Source of the DNA: Corallochytrium limacisporum Hawaii | Taxonomy: Eukaryota; Protista; Pluriformea | Direction of reading: 5' to 3' | Assembly (NCBI GenBank): GCA_002811645.1 | Contig: PDIP01000010.1 | Span: forward strand, 239,842 to 303,841 | DNA length: 64,000 nt | Part shown: piece by piece, positions 52,313 through 62,088 of the stretch | Layout of the letters: every line of letters begins with the position of its first letter | Numbering within the stretch: position 1 is the first letter of the stretch | Made by a program: the position numbers and the translations under genes | The notes under the pieces: model-generated | What the model was told of the DNA's origin: nothing | Seen by the model: only the letters and a program-made list of their open reading frames with translations | The model's database searches: none

Positions 52313-54679
52313 ATGAATGAGTTGGGCAATACAAGTCTAACAGAATTTGGGACAACACCCGGAAAGAAGTCACTGCTCCGTCGCAAGCTGCGCATGGACG
52401 ATGAGAACGACTTGGAGTATCCTGTTGCACGTTCATGGACTCTGAGCATGTCAACGCTCAGTGGTCACTACGAAGACCACATCCCCAACATGGGTGAGAG
52501 CTCCTGGAGCGTGGACATGGACTCCTTGCGGACGGGGACTGAAGTAGTCGTCAGCAAACAAATGCAGAGAGGTACGCAGCCGGTGGAAAAACAGCTTGAC
52601 CCTGGAGCGCAGGCAATTCCCTTCACTTCGTCTGTCCTCAGTATGGGTGACAAGGAGACCACCAGGACAGTAGCAAAGCAGGCGCAGGTGAATTCTTACC
52701 AGCTGCCTAATTTCATCCATCTCAAGAACAAGGAACTGTCAGAAAAGATCACAGACTGCACTCCCCTGCAGCTTAGGTTTCGAGAAAGTCAGACGAACAC
52801 GTCCAGGAGGTCAGGAATGGTGCCCCGTGCCAGCGACGAATCTGACCCCAAGGTGAGTTTGGAAGTGCACGATCAGCGCATAGATGATTCACGTAGGGAG
52901 AAGGAAGACCCACCGGCCTTTGGGAAGCATATTCCTGAAGCCGTTACTCCAGTGTTAAAAGCAATGAATGCACACGACGATGTGCAACTTAGTGGGGATC
53001 GTTTGGGCGCGAACACTACGTCCATCAAAAGCAGCGCCTCACCTAAAAGCATCGATATTACCCCTACAGCACCCCCTGCAAGACTTGAGGACTATGAAGA
53101 GCTTGATGTCATTGGCAAAGGAACGTTTGGAAAGGTTTGTCGTATCCGGTGCAAGCATGATAATCAGATCTACGTATGGAAAGTTGTCCAGTATGGCAAG
53201 ATGAGTAGCTGGGAAAAGAAACTGTTGGTTAGTGAAGTTAATCTTATGCGAGAATTGGAAGATGAACACATTGTGAAATACTACGATCGAATCATTGACA
53301 AGAAGTCACAGATCTTGTACATTGTAATGGAGTACTGTGCTGGTGGAGACCTGAGCCAGCTAATCAAGCGCCATCGGTACAGTGGACGGCGAATCAGTGA
53401 GACCAAGATTTGGAGCATTCTGTATCAGATGCTCCTTGCCCTCCGTCGCATTCACAGTGGTACTGCAGGTTGTCCTGTGCTCCATCGTGATCTGAAACCA
53501 GCGAACATTTTCCTGGATGCCACGCATACAAAAGTTAAGGTTGGAGACTTTGGATTGGCGCGCAAACTGGAGCGTCAAGATCACGCACGCACCTTTGTTG
53601 GCACGCCGTACTACATGTCCCCCGAACAGGTACGAGAACAGGTCTACAATGCAAAAGCGGACGTCTGGTCACTGGGTTGTTTGATATACGAGCTGGCAGC
53701 TCTCAAACCGCCCTTCGACTCGCCTACGGGCACTGGCCTTCGTCTGCGGATACTGGACGGCAAGTACCCTCAGTTAAAGGGCTACTCCCGTGGTCTGCAG
53801 GAAATTGTGGGCTGTATGCTTCATGTGAGCAATCTACATCGCTATACAGTTGATGATCTCCTCAAACATCCTCAACTGATCAAAAACATGCGGTCCCTGA
53901 TGACGCCAGCTGGGGAAGTGGCTGCCTTGACGGAGCCTAAATCCCCTATCAAGCTGCAACAGCAGCCTCGGACAGCTCTGAACACCACGAACACTGCGGA
54001 ATCCAGCCCAATTATGGAGAATGCCACTCCTTTGCGCAGCAATCAGGACCAATGCAAGCCATCTAATGCTATTCTGGCCGCTATTGAAGTTAAGGATGAC
54101 AACCAGAGGGCTCGACAGGCGGCATTGGATGAGCGAGAGCGTGCTCTAGACCACCGAGAACGCCTCCTGCAGGCTCGGGAAGCTAACTTGGCACGACGGG
54201 AGCGCGACCTTGCTCGCCGACAGGAAGCGTTACAACAGAAACAGTCCGAACACTATCGTCAGCGCGTAGCTCTGCATAAAGAGAATGTGAAACCATTTTC
54301 TCACAGCCCGAGCACGCCAACATCCACAGAACCGGCCTACATGTGTCCGTCTTCTTATGCTATGGCGCCGCAGCTCAAACATAAGCCAGCTGTCGCAGTG
54401 CCTCGCCATAGGCCCAGTGGCGGAAGTGGAACCGGGGCACCACGGCGGAGTCCACTGACGCCGTCACAAAAAGACAATGTGCACTCACCGTCGTGCATCA
54501 CTGGAGCATCGTCCAGGACTCCGCCATCACTGTACACAAACAACACCCCTGAAACTTACAGTCCCCGTCTAGGTTCCGCAGGCTACGGTTACAACAGGAG
54601 AACGACTGCATCACGCACGGCCAAGCCGTGTCTCCGTGAAGTTGGGGGTATCAAATCAACGGCTGCCATTGGTGCCTGA
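52313..54679 (+). CDS. NIMA/NEK2-like serine/threonine kinase with long N-terminal extension
   Basis: EDYEELDVIGKGTFG, EKKLLVSEVNLMREL, IVKYYDRIID, HRDLKPANIFL, DFGLAR, TFVGTPYYMSPE; C-terminal coiled coil. Confidence 0.93.
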   Translation: MNELGNTSLTEFGTTPGKKSLLRRKLRMDDENDLEYPVARSWTLSMSTLSGHYEDHIPNMGESSWSVDMDSLRTGTEVVVSKQMQRGTQPVEKQLDPGAQAIPFTSSVLSMGDKETTRTVAKQAQVNSYQLPNFIHLKNKELSEKITDCTPLQLRFRESQTNTSRRSGMVPRASDESDPKVSLEVHDQRIDDSRREKEDPPAFGKHIPEAVTPVLKAMNAHDDVQLSGDRLGANTTSIKSSASPKSIDITPTAPPARLEDYEELDVIGKGTFGKVCRIRCKHDNQIYVWKVVQYGKMSSWEKKLLVSEVNLMRELEDEHIVKYYDRIIDKKSQILYIVMEYCAGGDLSQLIKRHRYSGRRISETKIWSILYQMLLALRRIHSGTAGCPVLHRDLKPANIFLDATHTKVKVGDFGLARKLERQDHARTFVGTPYYMSPEQVREQVYNAKADVWSLGCLIYELAALKPPFDSPTGTGLRLRILDGKYPQLKGYSRGLQEIVGCMLHVSNLHRYTVDDLLKHPQLIKNMRSLMTPAGEVAALTEPKSPIKLQQQPRTALNTTNTAESSPIMENATPLRSNQDQCKPSNAILAAIEVKDDNQRARQAALDERERALDHRERLLQAREANLARRERDLARRQEALQQKQSEHYRQRVALHKENVKPFSHSPSTPTSTEPAYMCPSSYAMAPQLKHKPAVAVPRHRPSGGSGTGAPRRSPLTPSQKDNVHSPSCITGASSRTPPSLYTNNTPETYSPRLGSAGYGYNRRTTASRTAKPCLREVGGIKSTAAIGA

Positions 54680-54842
54680 TAAGTAAGTCCTGGAATGTGA
54701 AATAAAGAAGAATTAACGGTATGGAAAATCCTTTTGAAGAAAGTTTTCTTCGTGTCTGTATTATTAATGATGATTATGATGTCGAATGTCATGGTATGGG
54801 CCACAGGGTATGATTTAGGATTGTGAAATGAAGAAGACTGCT

Positions 54843-55718
54843 TTAGTCTGCCTTCTTGGCCATCCTGGCCTTGGCTTTGGCCTCTGCCACGTCGTCAGGC
54901 ACAATGTCGTGGACGGAATTATTGAAAGAGGTTAAAAGAATGTGCCGCTTCTCCTGCACGCTTCCGCTCCAATGCTTGTCTGTACCATGCAGCTTGTCCA
55001 GTATGCCACTCGTACCGAAGTTCACATTGAACTTGAGGTGATGGTAGTCGTGAAATTCGTTGCTGGTAAGGAAGGGAAAATGATAGCCCGAGTGATGAAC
55101 GATGGTCACAAACACGGCCACATTTACCCACAGGACAGTAGTCATGTAGTGACTACCCATGATGATGGGTCCTCCGAGTACCGGTCCGAGATTGCTTACG
55201 ATGTGTTCAATTGGATGAGCATAGATGCAGACCATGCCAATCGGTGCAGTCCACTCATGATGGATCTTGTGTATGTGCTTATATAGGGGTCCGTAATGCG
55301 CCAGGCGATGTGTGTAGTAGAACCCGATCTCGTTGATGACAGCAAAGCCAAGGAAGTCTGTCAAAATATCCAACAAACCTGGCAGATCTTCACGGAAACG
55401 GACCCGATCCAGCATTCCTGTTACATAAATCATAGTGGCCACGAAAAGGGTTGTGACCCACTGGTTGAACAGCACCAGGCGCACGGCTTTCCAGAATTTG
55501 TCGCTATCCAGTGCCTGATAGACCCCTTGTTGCGTCTTGAACTTGGTAACAAAATCGGGTCGCTGGTATAACTCGGGAATGAGCAACAATCCTGAAACTA
55601 TCCAAAATAGAATGGTATTCGTAACCATCATAATGCCTGCAAACAGCTCAAAGTCCGTGTAGTCAGACACGAACGCATGATAAGATGCGTTCAGCGACGA
55701 ATACAGATCTTCCGACAT
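54843..55718 (-). CDS. FAXDC2: Fatty acid hydroxylase/sterol desaturase family, FAXDC2-like
   Basis: His boxes YYTHRLAH, HKIHHEWTAPI, HHSGYHFPF, FHDYHHLKFNVNFG. Confidence 0.88.
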   Translation of the reverse strand: MSEDLYSSLNASYHAFVSDYTDFELFAGIMMVTNTILFWIVSGLLLIPELYQRPDFVTKFKTQQGVYQALDSDKFWKAVRLVLFNQWVTTLFVATMIYVTGMLDRVRFREDLPGLLDILTDFLGFAVINEIGFYYTHRLAHYGPLYKHIHKIHHEWTAPIGMVCIYAHPIEHIVSNLGPVLGGPIIMGSHYMTTVLWVNVAVFVTIVHHSGYHFPFLTSNEFHDYHHLKFNVNFGTSGILDKLHGTDKHWSGSVQEKRHILLTSFNNSVHDIVPDDVAEAKAKARMAKKAD

Positions 55719-56396
55719 GATCTGAATTTTTTGGGAAACCTTTATCAACTTCTGTGCCTCAGGACAATCACAAACGATCTGTATGGCGCGAAAGCCTGTC
55801 ATGAACTACCTGACTGATCCTGAACCCCCCCCCTTCCCTCCTTACCAAGCCTACTAGCAGTGTACAAAAAAAGCCAAGGACAAGGGCCTCGTGTCCGTCT
55901 GTCCGCCCTCACTATAGTTCCGCTGGTGTGACTTTCGGTTGTCCGGGGTCGTTTGCTGATGGGTTTGGGGTGCAGATGAAGTACAGTTGCAATTGGCAAC
56001 AAAAAAAAGTGGTGCGGAAAAAATTGTCGTACTGCACCGTAGCCAGTGGATCCCGGCAAAAGACTTCTTCAGAATATACATAGGTGGTACATATTTTAAT
56101 TTGGTGTGTGAAGTACCGAAGGGAAATTGCATATAGCAGGAGAGGGCTTGAAACCGCCAAAAGGAAAGAAAAACACGGGGAATATTGCTTCATGACGCCA
56201 GACTTAAATATCCAATCAGGAGTCTATTTTCCACAGTCCGATCGGAGGCAGGGAAAGCGGGTCACGGATCACGGGTCGCGGGGGTGAGCGCGGGAAGGGA
56301 CGTAGCAGTGCGTACCACACCTTTATACAGAGCAAAGGAAGATCATCTCGAGGCCGCAGAATCGACGCAGTGGTCTGGTAAACGATGAAGATGCTT

Positions 56397-57494
56397 TTAA
56401 ACATCCCACTTCATCCCCTTGGACTTATCCGTAAACCTTAAATCGGCTGGATCCTCCACAGTGTCGGTTGCATGGTTCCATGTCAAATTGATGTTGAAAT
56501 GCTCCTCAAGGGCTGTGAGCAGGGAAGCTTCGGGGATGGCAACACTTTTTCTTTTCATGGGACTGGGGTGGTCCGGCTCTATATCCCTTCCAAAGTCTTT
56601 TTCGGGAAATATCTGTCTCAGATCCCGGAAGTGCACCCTCTTGATTTCAGTCACACTATTCTGCATCAGGACCAGAGTAGAAGCGTCCTCGGTCACGCGG
56701 CAGGCCAGTCTGGTGTTGGTAAAAAAGCACGAACTGTGTGTGCTGGTGTAGAGATTAGCAAAATCTATGTCGATAGCAAAAAGAGGGGTCTCTGGGTGGA
56801 AGATGTATTGATCTTTCCAACACTCCTCGTACCCAACCTCCTCAAGCCCTGGCTCACCTAGATTGGCCCATTCATCTGCATCCCAGCTCTGCAGTCGGAT
56901 GCCACCGGGTGCCTCATAGACGTGGCCATCCTGTATAAATCGAAATGCCCGGACGTTTCCAATGCACATCGGCGGTCCGATCGGATTCGGGCCCGTCGGG
57001 TCGAATTCTGCGAAAGGCACAGGTCCGGCCGGTGAAAACGCTCCAAATGCAACGTCGACTAAAAATCGCGAGCCATCTTCCAAATCAACCAGAATGATGA
57101 TGTGGGTGTGGGGCTGTGTCCGTCCTTTCCTAACCACTCGAGCTTTGCTGCAAGCTACGGAGAAACCAATCTCCTGCAATACCCAGGCAAGTAACTGATT
57201 CAGTTCAAAACAATATCCTCCACGTTTGTGCTCGATAACTTTCTTGACAATAGTATCCCGTTCGACCGAAATTCCACGACTCAGGGCAATGTCTAGTTGC
57301 TCAAATGGTAATTTCTGAACTGCGGCGGCCACGATTTGTTCTAAGAGTTTCAGAGTGGGAGTCAAGTTCTGCACCTCTAGGCCAATGCGCTCTAAAAATT
57401 GGACCACAATTGCCCGGGAGTCCTCGGTAGACTTGCACATTCCTACACGAGTTCCCGTTTTATATGATACAGTTTTCAGTTCCCTATTTTGCAT
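56397..57494 (-). CDS. Arylamine N-acetyltransferase family protein
   Basis: LPFEQL; catalytic triad in RGGYCFELN, HTHIII and LVDVAFG. Confidence 0.9.
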   Translation of the reverse strand: MQNRELKTVSYKTGTRVGMCKSTEDSRAIVVQFLERIGLEVQNLTPTLKLLEQIVAAAVQKLPFEQLDIALSRGISVERDTIVKKVIEHKRGGYCFELNQLLAWVLQEIGFSVACSKARVVRKGRTQPHTHIIILVDLEDGSRFLVDVAFGAFSPAGPVPFAEFDPTGPNPIGPPMCIGNVRAFRFIQDGHVYEAPGGIRLQSWDADEWANLGEPGLEEVGYEECWKDQYIFHPETPLFAIDIDFANLYTSTHSSCFFTNTRLACRVTEDASTLVLMQNSVTEIKRVHFRDLRQIFPEKDFGRDIEPDHPSPMKRKSVAIPEASLLTALEEHFNINLTWNHATDTVEDPADLRFTDKSKGMKWDV

Positions 57495-58885
57495 TGTCCA
57501 TTACTTCTTCGTTTGGTTGACTCGTCTTTCCTCCAAATACCTCCTTCTACTTTCGTCTAATTTGCTGACCTGAAATTGACTGCTTACCATAGATAGACCC
57601 ACGTGTCGCTTCCGCACTGGCAACAAAAGTCGACACCCCAGCTACCAACATACTGATCCATTGCAGTTTGCACTGGGTTGCCATTGGCTGCCGGCAGAAA
57701 ACTTAGTCTACAGATGGAGGGGAAGACCGACGCACCATGTTTCATTCCTCCTCTTAATCTTAGGGGTTGGCGAGGCGCCTTGCCGTTTTCGCTCATTTCT
57801 CAACCGCCATAAACATTGATAATCTCCGCCCTTTCGCACGTTTTCTACGTGTTCGGAGAACAGCTGGGCTTATCAATACTTGTCTCTGCAGAGTCCCGCC
57901 ATTCACACTGTCCAGCTCAGGGATGCGTGGCAAAACGTCCTCGAAATGCAGTGTAAAGCACAATTTGGGACATGGTTGCAAAACCAACTGCGCTCACTGG
58001 CGACAATTTCCGACGAACACTCTAGGAGCGCAGGTGGATGTGAAATGACTTCGCAGGGTAGACGGGGGTGGCGACTTTTGTCCGTTTGTCCTGTGTGGCA
58101 TGACAATCTAAAATTAGGGGTGCGTACGATACCATTTGCAGGTATGATCGCTATTCGCACCGCAGGAACCTCACGTACACCTGCTGCTCCGGTCTCTCAC
58201 TGGGCCTGCGGCGTTTCCCCTCACATTTGGGGCTATGTACACGTACGTCACCTGGACCGCACATCGATAGATTTGACAAAGGGAGTCAATTTTTCATATT
58301 TTACAACCCTCCGTATGATTCTGTAGGGGCCGAGATCCATTCGTCGCACCGTATGTTGAATATAAACTTGGATACGTAAGTCCTGCATGTTCAGGTGCAG
58401 ATGGAGTGGTTGCTCGATAAAAGTATACGCTATGCCGGCTGTCAAATTCGTTGAATTCCAGTAGATAATGTACCGAACAGTGCAGCATGACTGGAAGACA
58501 ATTTGGCGCGGAACGTTTTTGTTTTGCCGTTTCTTCATTTCTGCTGGTAGTTTCAATACCCCCGCCAGGGCTTTCGGCTTAGTCTAATCCATACTGTTTG
58601 GCTGCACCCGCCTTAATTATAAGATACCGGATGAAGCTTATGGATATTTTATTAGGATAGTTCCCGCTATTCAAAGATTCCGCATATTTAATCTGCATCC
58701 CAAGGTGACAGTGTTCCGGATGGGGCACTGGGTTCTCCACATCAATCGGTCTGTGTGAGCATCCCTTGAGTGGTGCAGGTATGGTCTGGGTCCAGCTACT
58801 TACTGTGGTTCGTTCTTGGCCCGTTATCGATCACACGATCTATCGGAACGCGTTCTTTAGCACTGTCTTTATTTGAAACAGAAGC

Positions 58886-59221
58886 ATGCCGGACCAGGGG
58901 CCTCTGAACAAGCGGGAATATGTCGCAGCCATTTGCCTGCAGGGCATCCTCACCAATGGCAAGTACCATTCAAACAGGAACGATGCTGCCGACTATGCTG
59001 TCAAGTTTGCGGATGCTCTTGTGAAGGCCATAGACATGGTTGAGGTGACTGAAGACACAGGACATCCTCTTTCAAAGCGCGAATACGTCGCTGCTCTTTG
59101 TCTTCAGGGAATCCTTGCTAATGGAAAATATCACTCCAACCGTGTCGACGCAGCTGACTATGCTATCAAATTCGGTGATGCTTTAATTGAGCAACTGCAG
59201 AAGCATAAGGTGGAAGCATAA
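58886..59221 (+). CDS. Small protein made of two near-identical ~45-aa helical repeats
   Basis: PLNKREYVAAICLQGILTNGKYHSNRNDAADYAVKFADAL versus PLSKREYVAALCLQGILANGKYHSNRVDAADYAIKFGDAL; DNA differences mostly synonymous. Confidence 0.9.
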   Translation: MPDQGPLNKREYVAAICLQGILTNGKYHSNRNDAADYAVKFADALVKAIDMVEVTEDTGHPLSKREYVAALCLQGILANGKYHSNRVDAADYAIKFGDALIEQLQKHKVEA

Positions 59222-59985
59222 GGTGGCTTCAATGCTATCACTGGGACCTATCCTGAGCGGATCTGCAGGAATGACCATAGAATAAGTGTACCATTACGTA
59301 CTACAGACCAATGCCATTGAGGTTAGCTGTCCGAGCCAGCATTAGCCCGCCATCAAAGAAAGATGACGATTTGTTTCGCTGTGCAAAATAAATGCCTGAA
59401 ATGGAGTAGGATGGTTCCTTCGGAATCATGGAATAGACAGCGGGACCTGGCGGAACAGCTCCCTTCACTCCCATTCTCATACTATTTGATTATAATCAAC
59501 TCGTTCAAATGCTTAGTTTCTTTGGGGTCTTCTCCACCGTCATATACTGTCCGGATGCATTCCGAGGTCATCAAAACGCGATCCAGAAACCAGACTGTTC
59601 TCAGCGGGCCGCCTCCAACAGGATTGTTCCGAGCACTAACTCCATGCTTGGTACTATTTAAACCGTTCATGTGGGATTCGGAATGTGCTGGTGGCTGACT
59701 TCGCCGACTCGCGATGCTGTTTTCGGCTGCGAGTAGCAACATAATTAAGTTCACACTCTAGATTTATTCATGTTCCAAAACGCTCCCCACACTTGTACTA
59801 TTTGCTGAGTCGCAGAGGCCACTGTTCAGCCACAGGTAAGTTGCCATGAGAGAGCGTTTCACATTTATTGCCGATGGCTGCACGGAGGACAGAAATCGAC
59901 AGCGAGAAGCATACAACGGGATTCGGTGAAAAGCAAACGGGGCGACAAGAGTTTTACCAAGAATATTTTTGCCTACCGTGCCTGT

Positions 59986-62088
59986 CTATGATTCGCCTGA
60001 ACTGGATGCCCATTCTTCCTGTTCCGCATTCCTTCGTACGTATGTGGGAAGGGCGTAATCAAGATCTTCGAGCACAGACTCCCGTCCCTGAATACCATCG
60101 TAGCACGCAAATACAACAGCGTCGTGCAAAGTCACGAACATGCAATTTACGTAATCGTCGTCGTCATAGAAGCCTCCACGGCGCAGCACATCACGGACAT
60201 TGGCCTTGCATACAGCGAGGTACAATGTGACATGACGCCTACGCAAGTTATCTTGTAGTTCAACCATCATCCTAACGCCGGCCGTATCAATGTCATTGAC
60301 AGGGTTACAGTCTAAGACGAAGGAATGGATGGGTCGTTCTGCCTGGTTAATGACGCGCATAATATGGTCAATCATGTACCGAGCATTGCTATAGTAGATG
60401 GAGCCGTTGAAGCGCATGATCACTACCCCCTTGACCTCAACTGCTTCAGTAACAAGACGAATGTCACGGTAGATATCAGTTCCTGGCATCCAACCCAACA
60501 CCTGAATCGACGGCCGAGACGTGCGCACAACAAGGACAGCCAAATTCGCGCCTAGAGCAATGACAATGCCCCAAGAAATGCTGAAAACGAGAGTACCGAA
60601 AAAGGAGATTATCCAGACATAGAAATCATCAATCTTGATGCGTGCGTAGATGTTGGCATCCTTGATCTGCAGGAATAGGCCACGTAGCGCGACGATAATC
60701 ACGCTACCCAAGATAGGGTTGGGAAGGTATCTGAAGGCTGGTGTGGCGACCAATAGGACACCCATAAGGATTCCACTCTGCAGCAGAGTTGCAACCTGAG
60801 TTCTCATATCTACAGCGTTGGCAACAGCGCTACGACTCAGACTGCCAGCAGGTGTGTAACATTGGAAAAATGAACCGAACAGTGTGGATGCACCGTAGGC
60901 GTACAGCTCCTGCGAAGCACTAATAGTATAGTCATGGTGCCTCGCAACCGTCTTAGCAATGGAGACGGATATGACGGACCCAACGACAGCTATGGGAATG
61001 GCATTCTCGATAAGAGTGCTGAGACCAGCGGAAAACTTTGGCATAGCAGGGTTAGGCAGACCAGCGGGCACATCGCCAAGCAGGCTCAGACCGATAGCCT
61101 CGCCCAGACCTCCAAGCCAGGTGATCAAAATGGCAACTCCACATACTATCAATTCACCAGGAATGGGCATTGCAAGTTTTTCTTTGTACCTGGTGTTGAT
61201 CTCACGAACTGTCAGGAGAAGGAACACACCAAGTGTGCCACACACAAAGTCAACGGGATTCCAATTCGGAAGTTCCTTAAGGTACCAAGCCCACTGGTGG
61301 AAGATCGACCCCGCTCCTTCGTAGACTGGTGCCTTAATTCCCGTAAATTGCTTAATCTGACTAGTCGCAATGTGGAAGGCGGCAGCACAGGTGTACCCGG
61401 ACAGTAGAGCCTCACTCAGAAACCTTGCAACCACACTCAGCCTCAGAAAACCCATAAGTATCTGCAGGAGACCCACTATGAAGCAAATCGCAATCGAAGA
61501 TTCAATGAATTCGGGTTTGATATTGGTAGATGACCCATCAATGCTACCTTCACCGACGATGGAGGTCACCGCCTCTCGAGACATGAGCGAAAGTAGCGCA
61601 AACGTGCCAAAGCTCATTTGGCGCGAGGTTCCCAGGAATGCATACAGAATGGCAGGGAAGATAGAAGTGTAGAGACCGTACTGGGGTGGTAGTCCCGCAA
61701 GGATCCCGTAACTGATGCCCTGAGGTATGTTAAGGACAGCAATGGTAGGTGATGCAATCAGGTCTGATAGAAAGGAATCCCTGTCATAACCGGGCGCCCA
61801 GGACAAGACTGGAAATCGCTTCCGAGCCAACTGCTTCCACCCCGCCTTCGTTGCAGGGCAACACTGTAGACTCCTTAGTGCCCTCTTCATGTGTTCCCAC
61901 ACTGTTCTATCCTCATACGAAACTTCGTATGTGTTCCAGAAGTGAGCCTCTGAAACCGGAGACCGACCATAATCAAGCGGGGGCACCAGGGGCTGTCTCT
62001 CCGCTACACTTTCTCGCGTTGCCAACTCATGTTCTTCCCCGGACTGTTGCACTGACATACGAGTTGAATTTGTGTGCTGTGAACTCAT
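59986..62088 (-). CDS. SLC26/SulP anion transporter with STAS domain
   Basis: IPQGISYGILAGLPPQYGLYTS, FLGTSRQMSFG, GSLSRSAV; STAS domain with IDTAG. Confidence 0.95.
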   Translation of the reverse strand: MSSQHTNSTRMSVQQSGEEHELATRESVAERQPLVPPLDYGRSPVSEAHFWNTYEVSYEDRTVWEHMKRALRSLQCCPATKAGWKQLARKRFPVLSWAPGYDRDSFLSDLIASPTIAVLNIPQGISYGILAGLPPQYGLYTSIFPAILYAFLGTSRQMSFGTFALLSLMSREAVTSIVGEGSIDGSSTNIKPEFIESSIAICFIVGLLQILMGFLRLSVVARFLSEALLSGYTCAAAFHIATSQIKQFTGIKAPVYEGAGSIFHQWAWYLKELPNWNPVDFVCGTLGVFLLLTVREINTRYKEKLAMPIPGELIVCGVAILITWLGGLGEAIGLSLLGDVPAGLPNPAMPKFSAGLSTLIENAIPIAVVGSVISVSIAKTVARHHDYTISASQELYAYGASTLFGSFFQCYTPAGSLSRSAVANAVDMRTQVATLLQSGILMGVLLVATPAFRYLPNPILGSVIIVALRGLFLQIKDANIYARIKIDDFYVWIISFFGTLVFSISWGIVIALGANLAVLVVRTSRPSIQVLGWMPGTDIYRDIRLVTEAVEVKGVVIMRFNGSIYYSNARYMIDHIMRVINQAERPIHSFVLDCNPVNDIDTAGVRMMVELQDNLRRRHVTLYLAVCKANVRDVLRRGGFYDDDDYVNCMFVTLHDAVVFACYDGIQGRESVLEDLDYALPTYVRRNAEQEEWASSSGES

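Noticed and set aside
59360-59400. SECIS-like ATGA...AAAA...TGA hairpin downstream of the repeat gene
   Set aside because: Helix geometry is non-canonical and the upstream gene has no in-frame UGA
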